Positions 29,422 to 39,290 of a stretch of 64,000 nt of DNA are shown one piece after another. The first letter of the stretch is position 1. Every line of letters starts with the position of its first letter. The stretch comes from Candidatus Latescibacterota bacterium (lineage in GTDB: Bacteria > Latescibacterota > UBA2968 > UBA8231): NCBI GenBank assembly GCA_965242865.1, contig CBDETK010000013.1, positions 416,001 to 480,000 on the forward strand, written 5' to 3'. Position numbers and translations under genes: made by a program. A model generated the notes under the pieces. That model made no database searches. It was not told the origin of the DNA and worked only from the letters and a program-made list of their open reading frames with translations.

Positions 29422-30678
29422 ATGTTTGAAACACGCGAAGAACTACTAGAGAAGATCCACCTAGGCGAAGACAGCTTTCTCGAACTGAAGGAGGTGCGCT
29501 TTGCCGGAGGCAAAATCCGCGGCCCAAGGAGAGAAGACCTCGCCGATGAGTTGGCGTCCTTCGCCAACAGTCACGGCGGCGTCCTCGTCCTAGGCGTCCA
29601 AGACACACCGCGTGAGATTCTGGGTATCGCTCTCAGCGACCTCAGTAGAGCCGAGCTTGCCGTACGCGAGATTTGCCGCGATGCGATCGAGCCACCGCTG
29701 GCACCCGTAATAGAGCGCCTCTGGCTGCCAACAACCGGCGGGGATGTAGCCGTCATCAAAATTGATGTGGCCCAAAGTTTGTTCGTCCACCAAAGCCCCG
29801 GAGGGTTTATTTACCGAATCGGCAGCGAGAAACGTCGCATGTCGACCGAATATATCGCCCGGTTAATATCGCAGCGTTCGCAGACGCGAATGATTCGCTT
29901 CGACGAAGATGTCGTTACCGGAAGTACGCTGAACGATTTGCAGCCCGATCTATTTGAACGATTTCGCACCACCCGATCGGCCAGAGACCTTCGGCGCTTC
30001 TTGTCCAATTTGCACATGGTGCGCTCGGACGAAAAAGGTGAACTCAGACCCACCGTAGCCGGCGTACTGATCGGCACATCCGATGCGCGACCTTGGTTGC
30101 CTAATGCATACATCCAAGCGGTGGCCTATCGAGGAACAAGAATTAGGGCGGGATCGGACGATCCGTACCAAATCGATGCGGAAGATCTGGTCGGCCCCTT
30201 AGATCAGCAAATTGAGGACGCTTGCCGGTTCGTCGCAAAGAACATGAAGACAGCAGCTTTCAAGAACATGGGGAGATCGGACAGACCGCAGTTCGATATG
30301 TCGGCGGTCTTTGAAGCAGTCGTCAACGCAGTAGCGCATCGCGATTACTCAATCTACAGCTCGAAAATTCGGATGCGACTTTTTGAGGATCGCCTAGAAC
30401 TTTATTCTCCCGGTTCGATCCCGAATTCCATGTCCGTAGAAGCTCTAAGCGATATCCAAGCTACGAGAAACGAAGTGGTCACGAGCTTACTGGCCAAAAT
30501 TCCGGTCCCGGATCGACCTTGGCTGACCACTGATCGCTCGACCCTGATGGACCGGCGGGGCGAAGGTGTAAGCGTCATCTTGGACAACAGCGAGCAACTC
30601 TCCGGGAAGACGCCGGAGTATCGAATGATCGGTGGCGAAGAACTCCTTCTGACAATTTGGGCCGCGCATGGATCGTGA
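29422..30678 (+). CDS. Schlafen AlbA_2 domain fused to a RecG-C/HATPase_c_4-type domain
   Basis: GEDSFLELK, SFANSHGGVLVLGV, EAVVNAVAHRDY and SPG motifs. Confidence 0.85.
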   Translation: MFETREELLEKIHLGEDSFLELKEVRFAGGKIRGPRREDLADELASFANSHGGVLVLGVQDTPREILGIALSDLSRAELAVREICRDAIEPPLAPVIERLWLPTTGGDVAVIKIDVAQSLFVHQSPGGFIYRIGSEKRRMSTEYIARLISQRSQTRMIRFDEDVVTGSTLNDLQPDLFERFRTTRSARDLRRFLSNLHMVRSDEKGELRPTVAGVLIGTSDARPWLPNAYIQAVAYRGTRIRAGSDDPYQIDAEDLVGPLDQQIEDACRFVAKNMKTAAFKNMGRSDRPQFDMSAVFEAVVNAVAHRDYSIYSSKIRMRLFEDRLELYSPGSIPNSMSVEALSDIQATRNEVVTSLLAKIPVPDRPWLTTDRSTLMDRRGEGVSVILDNSEQLSGKTPEYRMIGGEELLLTIWAAHGS

Positions 30679-30696
30679 ACTCGGGTTAGCCGCGAC

Positions 30697-31941
30697 TTAG
30701 CGCAAGCGCCCTGCGCCGTCAAAAGCCATCTCGGCCAGTGCGCCGGTTTGCGCTAAATCGGGATGGTCGCCGCATTCTCGCAGCAGGCTGGCGGATAGGT
30801 GAATGTGGCCGAGGTCGAGCGTGTTTTTGATGCGGACGATGCGCGCCTGTTCGGGGCGAGCGAGGTTTTGCACGGCCAGCGCGGCCTCAATGGCGGCGCG
30901 GTCGGTTTCCATGACGACCGGGACGTACGCGCGATTGAGGAAGGTGGTGGTCAATGCGTTGGCGTACGTGGACTTGAAGTCGATGCGCTCGTACAGGCGG
31001 CGGGTGATGATGTCGGCGAGGCCGACGCCGTTGGCGTTGCCGTGGGTTTCGTCGGTCAGGTCGAGCACCACGATGCGAGCCGTGCCCGGCACCTCCGGCT
31101 CCTTGACCCCGGGGAGGAGCATGCGGCCGACGACGTTGGTGTCCATGCCCGTGCCCGAGATGTTCTTGCCAATTTGATCGATGATTAGCAGATCGATGCC
31201 TTGGGCTAAGATGCGGGGCATGGCGCGCCGCGCTTCCTCCAAAAGCTGGGGCTCGCGGCTTTGGAACTGCCCGGGTTGCAGGGCCTCAACGCGGAGGGTC
31301 TCTTCATAAGCGTTTTCCACGAGGGCCACCCCGAGAAGGATCGGTGCTTGGTCGAGGATGCAGCGGCCCCAAGCCGGAATCAGGCGGGCGAGGCTGTCGG
31401 CTCCTCCGGCGTGGGCGATGGTCGCGCCGCGATGGCTGCCCAAGCCAATGGTCATCATCTTCATCAGGCCGCTTTCAAACTGGCCGCGGAAGGAGGTGTG
31501 CGGCTTGACGCGGTTGATGAGCACCACGCCATCGGCTTCGGTCGCGAGCCGGTTGAGCAGCACCGGAGTGCCGTCGCTGAGTTGGCCCACCTCGACGACG
31601 TCCATGGTCGCCTCGACCGGGCAGCCCATGCTTTCGGCGTCGAGCCCGTAACCGGCCAGCACCTGCTTTTGGCCCTCGGCCGTGGCGCCGCCGTGGCTGC
31701 CCATCGCCGGCAGCAAGAAGGGCGCGCCACCAGCCTCCTTGACGCAATCGACGACGGTGCGGGTGATGAGCGGGATATTGGCGATGCCCCGGCTGCCGCC
31801 GGTGACGGCAATCCGGGCGCCGGGGGCGCTGGCGTCGGCGAGCCCGGCGTGCGCTAGCTGGCGGCGCACCTCGCCAGCCACGTCCGCGAGCGAGTCGCGG
31901 GCAAAGCGCTGCTCGACCGGGGCCATTTGCGGTAGTTGCAC
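30697..31941 (-). CDS. Lactate racemase (LarA)-like / DUF362-type domain protein
   Basis: GSRGIANI, PAMGSHGGATAEGQ, NRVKPHT and GKNISGTGMD motifs; GTG start inferred. Confidence 0.75.
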   Translation of the reverse strand: MQLPQMAPVEQRFARDSLADVAGEVRRQLAHAGLADASAPGARIAVTGGSRGIANIPLITRTVVDCVKEAGGAPFLLPAMGSHGGATAEGQKQVLAGYGLDAESMGCPVEATMDVVEVGQLSDGTPVLLNRLATEADGVVLINRVKPHTSFRGQFESGLMKMMTIGLGSHRGATIAHAGGADSLARLIPAWGRCILDQAPILLGVALVENAYEETLRVEALQPGQFQSREPQLLEEARRAMPRILAQGIDLLIIDQIGKNISGTGMDTNVVGRMLLPGVKEPEVPGTARIVVLDLTDETHGNANGVGLADIITRRLYERIDFKSTYANALTTTFLNRAYVPVVMETDRAAIEAALAVQNLARPEQARIVRIKNTLDLGHIHLSASLLRECGDHPDLAQTGALAEMAFDGAGRLR

Positions 31942-31952
31942 GGTGCGTACCT

Positions 31953-32522
31953 CTATCCCTCGCCGACCAAGGCCGCGCGCAAACGCTGGGCGCGCTCGAG
32001 AATGGGGCGGGCCGGTTTGGGCACCGGCTCGGTCGCCGGGGCGATTTTCCAGATAAAGACGACCGGGCCTTCTTCCGCAAAGTGCCGGTCGAGCTGGGCG
32101 TCGAAGGCGGCGGCGGTGTCGATGGTATAGACGCGCTGGAGGCCGGCCCCGCGGCAGATTTGCTCGTAGTCGATAAAGGCCGCGCCGGGCACGGGCTGGC
32201 TGCCGGTTACTTCGTACGTGCCGTTTTCCGTGATGACGAGGGTTAGATTCGGGGCCGGGCACTGGGCCAAGGTGACGAGGACGCCCAGCGACATGAGCGT
32301 GCTGCCGTCGCCGTTGAGGCACAAGACCCGGCGGTCGGGCTGGGCAAGGGCCACGCCCAGCGCAAAATCGGCCGCGTGGCCCATGGCGCTTTCGACGTGG
32401 GCAAAGTCGAGCGGGCCGTCGGAGTGCGCGGCCCAAGGCATGGCCACGCTCATGGTGGTGACCACGACTTCGTCCGTGCGCTGGGCGGCCAGTTTTTTGA
32501 GGCAGGTGTATTTGTCGAGCAT
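31953..32522 (-). CDS. ThDP-dependent decarboxylase beta subunit (sulfopyruvate/phosphonopyruvate type)
   Basis: AMGHA and NGDGSTLM...ENGTYEVTG ThDP motif. Confidence 0.8.
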   Translation of the reverse strand: MLDKYTCLKKLAAQRTDEVVVTTMSVAMPWAAHSDGPLDFAHVESAMGHAADFALGVALAQPDRRVLCLNGDGSTLMSLGVLVTLAQCPAPNLTLVITENGTYEVTGSQPVPGAAFIDYEQICRGAGLQRVYTIDTAAAFDAQLDRHFAEEGPVVFIWKIAPATEPVPKPARPILERAQRLRAALVGEG

Positions 32523-32523
32523 C

Positions 32524-33018
32524 TCACGCAGTCTCCGCGACCAGCAACACAGCGGTGGGCAACGAGGTTGCTTGGGCTTGGGCAAAAGCGGCGTCGAGCT
32601 GGCCGCTATCGCCATCCGTGTGCATGGCGGTGTAGGGGATGTTCCAAGCCTTGAGGGTCGGCTCGAAAAAGGTGGCGGCCGTATCGACCCGGGGTGCTCC
32701 CGGGGCCATGGTCGCATAGCCGCGATAGCCGACGAGCATGACCAGGGGAATGCCCATGTTGTAGGCCGTGCCGCGGAAGGCGTCGCCGGCCTCCAAAAAG
32801 CCCGTGTTCTGGATCAGCACCAGCGGATGGGCGCCGCCCAAATACAGGCCGGAGGCCAAGCCGAATGCTTCGCCCTCGCGGCTGGTGAAGATCACTTCGA
32901 TGGTGTCGTGGTCCCACAGGCGCTCGTACAGGGCGCACGAGCCATTGTCGGGGACGCCGAGCACGTGCGTGACGCCGTGCCGGTCGAGGGCGGCGATGAT
33001 GTGGGCAGCACTGAGCAC
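32524..33018 (-). CDS. ThDP-dependent decarboxylase alpha subunit (ComD-like)
   Basis: GVPD, SREGEAFG, LIQNTG and GYRG motifs. Confidence 0.8.
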   Translation of the reverse strand: MLSAAHIIAALDRHGVTHVLGVPDNGSCALYERLWDHDTIEVIFTSREGEAFGLASGLYLGGAHPLVLIQNTGFLEAGDAFRGTAYNMGIPLVMLVGYRGYATMAPGAPRVDTAATFFEPTLKAWNIPYTAMHTDGDSGQLDAAFAQAQATSLPTAVLLVAETA

Positions 33019-33022
33019 GGGC

Positions 33023-34219
33023 TTACTCGGCGAAGATCGCACGGGAGGAGATGCCGCTCTGATGGCCTTCCCGCTGGATGCCGCCGATAAACTGGGCGGT
33101 GCGGCCGGCCGGGGCGGTGCCGGCGTAGTACGCGCTGAAGGACTCGTTGAAGGCGGCCAGCGCGGCGCGATTTTGCGCGGAGTCGGCCCCGGCGACGATG
33201 TACGCGTTGTTGAAGACGCCGTCCTCTTTGAGACCGGCACCGCCGGCTTCCCGGATGCGGGCATCGAGCGTGCCGAGCTGCTCGCCGGCCTCGCGACCGC
33301 CAACGGCCGAGAGGTGGACTTCGCGCACGCCGTGGTGGCGCAAGCCCGCCCAAGTGGAGAAGCCGTCCTCGAGCTGGCCGGAGCGCACGATCTCGACTTC
33401 GCCCGACACCACGCGCGGCTGCGGCTCGATGATCCCGTCGAGATTGGGTATCCGCGACACCGGGTAAATCAAGCCGGCCGGGCGGTCGTCGCCGTAGTAC
33501 TCGGCAAAGACTTGGCGGGTGGTCTCGACGCGCTCCCACGTTTGGTCTGGAGCGTCATCTACGGCCACGAGGATCTCCATAAACACGGTCTGCTTTTTGA
33601 AGTCAATGCCTTGTTCGGCAAAGGGCTTGGCGTATTGCTCGTCGAGGATGAAGCGCATTTCTTCGGCCAAGTCGGAGCCGAGCGTGGTGATCGTTTCGCC
33701 GCCGCGCTGGTGCAGGACCGACGCGCCCGAAGGCTGGTGATCGACCCACGTGCCGTAGTCGATGGTGCCGTTGCGGACCGCGACGGTCTCGCCCGCGCAG
33801 GCCTTGATTTGGACCTCGAAGAGCGCGGCCGGATCCGGGAAGCCTTCGGGGTGGGTGAAGCGGGCCATGCGGTTGGAGCGCAGGGGGCCGCCGGTGACAG
33901 CCGCGAGCATGGCCCCGTAGCAGGCGTTGAAGTCGTTTTTGCGCTGGTCGCAGGCGTCGCGGTCGGCCGAAGGGGTGGTCCACAAGACGTCGGTCTTGTA
34001 CACGTCAGACCAGTGGACGCCGCAAATTTTGAGCCCTTGGTTGAGGTTTTCGATGGTGCCGAACCACTCCGAGCCGACGTCGTTGGCGTATTGGGTGCCG
34101 ACGTTGCCCGAAGGCTCAACGAGGCGCACGACGTGGCCGTTGTCGTCGGTGATGAGTACTTCTGTGGGGTTGGAAAAGATGGCGATGGGGTTGTGGCGGA
34201 CGATGTTGACTTGGGCCAT
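33023..34219 (-). CDS. Hypothetical protein with possible tandem Rid/YjgF-like domains
   Basis: DPAALFEVQIKA, YYGDDRPA...GIIE and APAGRT segments resemble Rid-fold C-termini; GAGGAG RBS. Confidence 0.5.
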   Translation of the reverse strand: MAQVNIVRHNPIAIFSNPTEVLITDDNGHVVRLVEPSGNVGTQYANDVGSEWFGTIENLNQGLKICGVHWSDVYKTDVLWTTPSADRDACDQRKNDFNACYGAMLAAVTGGPLRSNRMARFTHPEGFPDPAALFEVQIKACAGETVAVRNGTIDYGTWVDHQPSGASVLHQRGGETITTLGSDLAEEMRFILDEQYAKPFAEQGIDFKKQTVFMEILVAVDDAPDQTWERVETTRQVFAEYYGDDRPAGLIYPVSRIPNLDGIIEPQPRVVSGEVEIVRSGQLEDGFSTWAGLRHHGVREVHLSAVGGREAGEQLGTLDARIREAGGAGLKEDGVFNNAYIVAGADSAQNRAALAAFNESFSAYYAGTAPAGRTAQFIGGIQREGHQSGISSRAIFAE

Positions 34220-34313
34220 GAGCTCCTCGGTCGATTTTGTGGTTGTGAAGGGTTGCCGCGAATTATAGTGCAGAAAATACGCGGTTGGCCGACGATAGAC
34301 AAGGGAGGAGCGA

Positions 34314-34994
34314 ATGCCTACCTGCGCGGTACTCTTTGCCAAAAAACCAGCCCCCGGAGCGGTCAAAACCCGGCTCCACAGCCATCTGAGCGCCTCCCAA
34401 GCCGCCCGCCTGTACGAGGCCCTGCTGCTCGATTGCGCCACGGCGCTCGCTGCGACCGAGGCCGACGCCAAGGTCGTGGCCTTTGCCCCGGCCCATGCCG
34501 AAAACGCCCTGCGCACCCTGCTGGCCCGGATTGGCCGCTTCGAGTACGTGCCGCAGATGGAAGCCGACCTAGGGCAGCGGATGGAGGCCCTGATGCAGTG
34601 GGCCTTTGCACAGGGGGCCGAGCGAGTGGTGCTCATCGGCTCAGACAGCCCTTCGCTGCCGGCCGCGTACATCGACGAGGGGCTGGCGCTCTTGCGCGAG
34701 CGGGAAGTGGTCTTAGGCCCGAGCACGGACGGCGGCTACTACTTGGTGGGCCGGCAAAGGGGGGATAGCCGGATATTCCAAGACGTGGCTTGGAGCACCG
34801 GGATGGTGCTGGAGCAAACCCTAGCGCGCTTGGGGACCCAGACCCTCGGCCTGCTGCCGCCTTGGTACGACGTGGATACGCCGGCTGAGGCCGGGTTCCT
34901 AAAGGTCCATCTCGAAGCGTTGGCGCGGGCGGGCCAACCCCAAGGGCGGCACAGCTTGGCCGTGCTGCGCGACCTCGCGCTGCCGCGCCCCTAG
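34314..34994 (+). CDS. DUF2064/TIGR04282-type nucleotidyltransferase-like protein
   Basis: FAKKPAPGAVKTRL, DLGQRM, IGSDSP, LGPSTDGGYYL and DVDT motifs. Confidence 0.85.
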   Translation: MPTCAVLFAKKPAPGAVKTRLHSHLSASQAARLYEALLLDCATALAATEADAKVVAFAPAHAENALRTLLARIGRFEYVPQMEADLGQRMEALMQWAFAQGAERVVLIGSDSPSLPAAYIDEGLALLREREVVLGPSTDGGYYLVGRQRGDSRIFQDVAWSTGMVLEQTLARLGTQTLGLLPPWYDVDTPAEAGFLKVHLEALARAGQPQGRHSLAVLRDLALPRP

Positions 34995-35503
34995 TCGGCG
35001 GCGCGGCGGAACAAGGCTTCCCAGCGGTCGAGTTCGCCCGGGTCGAGGGACGGGTGGGCTTCCGTGCCGTCGCAAGTGGACGCCGGGGTGTGCGGTGCTT
35101 GCACGGGTGCGGTGAGTTCGTCGAGAAAATCCTCCGAGCAGGTCGCGCGGATCCGGTGGCGTGCGGCACTGCGCTGCACGGCGCGGTCCGAGCTGATGAC
35201 CCGCAGCCACTTGGCGCCGTGTTTTTTTGCCACAGCTTGCGCGATCAGGTCGTCGGCCTGCTGAGGGTAGCGCGAAAATTCTATGGTGAGATATGGGCTG
35301 CTCGCGTCGACCGCCCGGGGCGCGGCGCGGGTGCCGTCGTAGTACAGGGTAATGTCCTTGCCGGCGCGGCGGCCGTAGGCGGCGAGGTCCTGCTGCAAGC
35401 GACAACGCGCCTGTTTTAGCTCGTCGCCGCGGCCTTGGAACAGCCCGCTCGATTTGATGAGGTTGTAGCCGTCGATGAGCAGATGCTCTCTTTGGGGGTC
35501 CAT
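34991..35503 (-). CDS. NYN/YacP-like ribonuclease domain protein
   Basis: LIDGYN, YDG, ADDLI and VISSD motifs. Confidence 0.85.
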   Translation of the reverse strand: MDPQREHLLIDGYNLIKSSGLFQGRGDELKQARCRLQQDLAAYGRRAGKDITLYYDGTRAAPRAVDASSPYLTIEFSRYPQQADDLIAQAVAKKHGAKWLRVISSDRAVQRSAARHRIRATCSEDFLDELTAPVQAPHTPASTCDGTEAHPSLDPGELDRWEALFRRAAD

Positions 35504-35513
35504 GGCGCTGTTC

Positions 35514-37361
35514 TCAGGTGAGTTGGATACCTTGGGCGTTTAGCTGATAGGAGACCACGCTGCTTTTGGCAAAGGCCGCGCGTTGGCGCAACTTGTCGAG
35601 CCGCACGCGCAACGCGGCCGCTTGCCCCTCGGCCGCGATGAGGAGCGCAAAGCCACCGCCGCCGGCTCCGGTGATGAGCCCGCCCTCGGTCAGGTCGGTG
35701 ATCTGTGGGTTTTCAAACAGGTGTTGCAAGTCGTGGTTGGTGGCTTGGGGGTCGAGGATACAGCGCAACTGCCAGTAGCGGTCGGCCAGCCGCCCCAAAT
35801 CGGCGTATTCGCCCGCACCCAGCGCGGCCACCATGTCGTCGTGAATGGCCAGTGACTCGCGGATGGCCGCATAGCGCTGGCGATCCCGCGACAGATAGAC
35901 ATCGAGAACGACGTTGAGGCCGCGGGTAGCCGAGCGCGAGACCCCGGTGTCGAAGAGCACGACCCGCTCGGCGAACAAGCGCTCATCGACCTCGGTGAGG
36001 AATGTGCGCTCGGGCGCGGGCAGGCCATCGGTCGGGGGTGCGTAGAAGTTCTTGATGGCCGAAGGGCCGCCGCTGGCGCCGCGCGCATCCTGCCAACCGC
36101 TGTTGAGGCCGAGGCTTTGTTCGAGCAGGAGGCTTTGGTCGTAGAGGTTGGGGTACTCGCACACCGGCGCGGCATAGGGGTGGCCGGAGAGGTGGTAGAG
36201 CATTTTGAGGATGGCCGCGGACAAAATGCCGCTGGTTCCTAGCCCCGACCCTTGGGGCACCTTGCTACGGGTGGTGATTGCCAAACCGCCACCGCCGGTA
36301 AAGGCGGCGATGTCTTGGATGACGTCCGGGGAGTTGGGCCGGACGATGCCGGCGTGGACCAGCCCTTGCTTGACCAAGCGCAGGGCTTCGTCGCCGCTGC
36401 GGCGGTAGGCAAAAAACAGCTCGCTGACGGTCGCGGCCGAGCTGTGCTTGTTGGCCTCAAAGTCGGCCTTGAAGTCCCGAGAGCGGGAGCGGAGGATGAG
36501 CTGGGGTTCGGCCAGCCGCCGAGCGATAACCTCCAACGGCGGTTGGGCGCGCTCTTGCTCGCCCTGTTGCAGGTTGACGGCGATGTTGAGCGTCTTGCCG
36601 CCCTGTTCCTTGCTGCGTAGGTAATTGTCCGAGGCATTGGCACTGGAGATGCCCAAGCGCAGGGGGGCTTGGATGCAAAAGGTTTGCTCGTAGGCCGCTT
36701 CGAGCATCCGCGGCCTAGCGGTGCGGCCCCGGTCGTCAAGGGCGGCCAAGCTGCGCTGGAGGTCCAGGCTCTGCAGCGGGTTGATCCGCGCCTCGTAGGC
36801 CGCGGCGAGCGCGTCGAGGTCCTTGGCTTCTTTGAGCTGGACGAGGGCTGGGCTGTCGAGGCAGCAGGGCGGCAGCGTACGCCGCCAGAGCCGCGACTCA
36901 GCCGCGAGCAGCCGGTAGATGTCGGCCATGATGCGCGCGACGCGTATGCCGCGCATGCCGCGGACCGCTGCATCGCATTCTTCGAGGTACGCGTTGAGGC
37001 GTTTGAGCACCTGCAACAGGGCCTTGGCGGATTGCGACGGCCGCAGCCGCAGCAGTTCGCGGTGATCGAGATCGACCAAACCATCGACTAAATCGACCAG
37101 TAGCTGGGGCAGCTCTTTTTCGACCGCGTCGCCGAAGAGTGCGTCCCACTCGCGGGGCGTGGTGGCCGCTAGGAGCGCGTCAATGGCGGCCGGCGTCTCT
37201 AGGCTGGACAAAAGCGCTCGGTTGAAGAGCAGGGCGCGGAGGAAGCGGTGCTTTTCTGCGGGTTTGCCGCCAGCCCGCGCCCCAGCGAGGATGGGGTCGA
37301 TGAGCGATTGGACTTCGCGCAAATCAGCGGCTTGTTCGAGACGTGCGAGGAATGCTTGCAT
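35514..37361 (-). CDS. GHMP kinase, fucokinase-like, with N-terminal helical extension
   Basis: APLRL, PQGSGLGTS, GWQD and GAGGGG motifs. Confidence 0.75.
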   Translation of the reverse strand: MQAFLARLEQAADLREVQSLIDPILAGARAGGKPAEKHRFLRALLFNRALLSSLETPAAIDALLAATTPREWDALFGDAVEKELPQLLVDLVDGLVDLDHRELLRLRPSQSAKALLQVLKRLNAYLEECDAAVRGMRGIRVARIMADIYRLLAAESRLWRRTLPPCCLDSPALVQLKEAKDLDALAAAYEARINPLQSLDLQRSLAALDDRGRTARPRMLEAAYEQTFCIQAPLRLGISSANASDNYLRSKEQGGKTLNIAVNLQQGEQERAQPPLEVIARRLAEPQLILRSRSRDFKADFEANKHSSAATVSELFFAYRRSGDEALRLVKQGLVHAGIVRPNSPDVIQDIAAFTGGGGLAITTRSKVPQGSGLGTSGILSAAILKMLYHLSGHPYAAPVCEYPNLYDQSLLLEQSLGLNSGWQDARGASGGPSAIKNFYAPPTDGLPAPERTFLTEVDERLFAERVVLFDTGVSRSATRGLNVVLDVYLSRDRQRYAAIRESLAIHDDMVAALGAGEYADLGRLADRYWQLRCILDPQATNHDLQHLFENPQITDLTEGGLITGAGGGGFALLIAAEGQAAALRVRLDKLRQRAAFAKSSVVSYQLNAQGIQLT

Positions 37362-37417
37362 GCGGCTCAGGGGGCGAGGGTGGGCTGAAAATTTACGCAA
37401 AAAACGCCCAGCGCGCA

Positions 37418-38011
37418 TTAGCGGGGAGCGGCTGCGGGCATTCGCTCGCCGGCTTCTACGGCAAAGTCGAGGTGGTTTTGTCGCGGGGGCAGCGGGCAAA
37501 TATAGGTGGGATTGTACGCGCAGTATGGATTGTACGCGTTGTTGAAATCAACGACATACATGCCATCGTCCGCCCGCGTCAGGTGCGCGTAGCGCCCGCC
37601 CTCATACGTGGTATGCCCGTTGGTTAGGTCCTTGAAGAAGACTTCCGCTTCGCCGGTTTGCAGGCTGCGGTACACCTCCAGCCAAAAATTTCTCTCGCCT
37701 AAGGCCGCCACAAAGCGCCCCAATCGCTCAAACTCGGTGGTCGTGCCGTCGGTATTGGGGATTTCGACGATGCGCTGGCGGCCGTACACGTGCAGCTCGC
37801 CCCTCAGGCGATAGCGCAGGTCAATGGGATAGTACGCGAGCGGCTCAAAGCGGGCGCGCTGGGCGGGCAGCAGCGGCGAATCCTCGCTTTTGAGCAGGCT
37901 ATCTTTGGCGGCGCGGAGTGCTTTGATCTGGGCGCGGATGGCGTCGTCGGCCGAGGCCGGGCCAAGGGACAGGCATAGCAAGCCGGCGATAATGAACAGG
38001 CTCACAGGCAT
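37418..38011 (-). CDS. DUF1684 family exported protein
   Basis: FKDLTNG..TYEGGRY, DFNNAYNPYCAYN..CPLPP..N..AGE. Confidence 0.88.
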   Translation of the reverse strand: MPVSLFIIAGLLCLSLGPASADDAIRAQIKALRAAKDSLLKSEDSPLLPAQRARFEPLAYYPIDLRYRLRGELHVYGRQRIVEIPNTDGTTTEFERLGRFVAALGERNFWLEVYRSLQTGEAEVFFKDLTNGHTTYEGGRYAHLTRADDGMYVVDFNNAYNPYCAYNPTYICPLPPRQNHLDFAVEAGERMPAAAPR

Positions 38012-38100
38012 GACAGTATTTTAGCGTCAACCTGCCGCCGCATCAATTGTCCCGCTTCTCTGGCCGCCCTACATTTTCGCGCCCAACCGGAGGAAAATCC

Positions 38101-38976
38101 ATGTGTTTGCAGGACCGCGGAGGGAGTTCGGGCATTTTTGCCGCGGATGACGCGGGTTGGTCCATCGTCGCAGCGAGTCGCGTCCGGGGAAGGTCGCGGT
38201 TGACGTCCTGCTTGGCCGTCGCGCCGCTGAAGATCCTCAGCCCCCAAGCCGAGGCCGATTACAGCACGGCCGTGCTTTCGAGCTATGGCGGCGGCTTGGT
38301 GGCCGGCGACTGCGTCCGGCTGCGCGTGCATTGCGGCCGAGCGGCCAAGCTCTTTTTGGGCACCCAGGCCTTTACCAAAGTGTACAAGGCCGCCGACGGG
38401 CAGGTTGCGCGGCAGGAGCTGGCCGGGCGCGTTGAAGCCGGTGCTTGCGTAGTATCGCTGCCCGACCCGGTGGTGCCCTATGCCGACAGCGCCTTTGTGC
38501 AGGAGCAGGTCTGGCATCTGGACGCAAAAGCCTCGCTAATTTTGCTCGATGGCGGCACGGCCGGCCGCGGCGCACGCGGCGAGCGGTTCCACTACCGCTC
38601 TTATACCTCTAATATATCCATCTACTTGGAAAGCGAACTCGTGTTGGCTGAACGCTTGCGTTGGCAGCCCCAGCGGCAGCGCCCCGACCGCGTTGGAGCT
38701 TTTGGCCCATACACTGCATTCGCCAACGCCTTTATCGTCGGCGCTCCAGCGCGTGCTGCTGTCGAGGAAGTGCTGCGCCGGATCCTCGCGCCGCTGCTCG
38801 CCGATCAGCGGAGTGGGGCCACGTTGGTTTCGCTCGCCGAACCTCGTCCCGGCGTGCTCGCGCTCCGCGCCTTGGGGCGTACCTATGGCGATCTAGAGGA
38901 GGTCTTGCACGCGCTCGCCACGGCCGTAGCGCTCCCCCAAGTCCTAGGCGAAAATCCACTGCGCCGAAAGCATTGA
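38101..38976 (+). CDS. ureD: Urease accessory protein UreD
   Basis: YGGGLVAGD, TQAFTKVYK, LPDP and GR..RGE motifs; adjoins the urea cluster. Confidence 0.88.
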   Translation: MCLQDRGGSSGIFAADDAGWSIVAASRVRGRSRLTSCLAVAPLKILSPQAEADYSTAVLSSYGGGLVAGDCVRLRVHCGRAAKLFLGTQAFTKVYKAADGQVARQELAGRVEAGACVVSLPDPVVPYADSAFVQEQVWHLDAKASLILLDGGTAGRGARGERFHYRSYTSNISIYLESELVLAERLRWQPQRQRPDRVGAFGPYTAFANAFIVGAPARAAVEEVLRRILAPLLADQRSGATLVSLAEPRPGVLALRALGRTYGDLEEVLHALATAVALPQVLGENPLRRKH

Positions 38977-39290
38977 TCGCTTGGGCCGCAACCCCGCGAA
39001 ACACCACATTTTTGTCTTTTTTGAGTACTCTCCCTAGCCGCAGAGTGCGGCGGATGGTGGATTCGTTCCACCGCGAGGCCGCTAAAAACGACATATATGT
39101 CTCTTGTAAATTCGCAAAGCAACATTCTTGTCGTCATTCAACGGAAAAACCAAGCGGTCAAATCGCCAAAAATGCCATTTACGTAAAAAAATAAACAAAA
39201 TTACAAATCGCGTATCTCTTTGTTACATAAAGACATAACACCAAAAATGTTCCCTACCCGTTCCGCACTGGGCGACTGCAGCGGCCGTGC

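Noticed and set aside
32768-34768. 666-aa plus-strand ORF and many similar long antisense ORFs
   Set aside because: Shadow frames of GC-rich genes that have recognisable motifs on the other strand or frame
39211-39240. NtcA or GlnR/TnrA box
   Set aside because: Spacers are wrong (GTA-N9-TAC; TGTTA-N10-TAACA)
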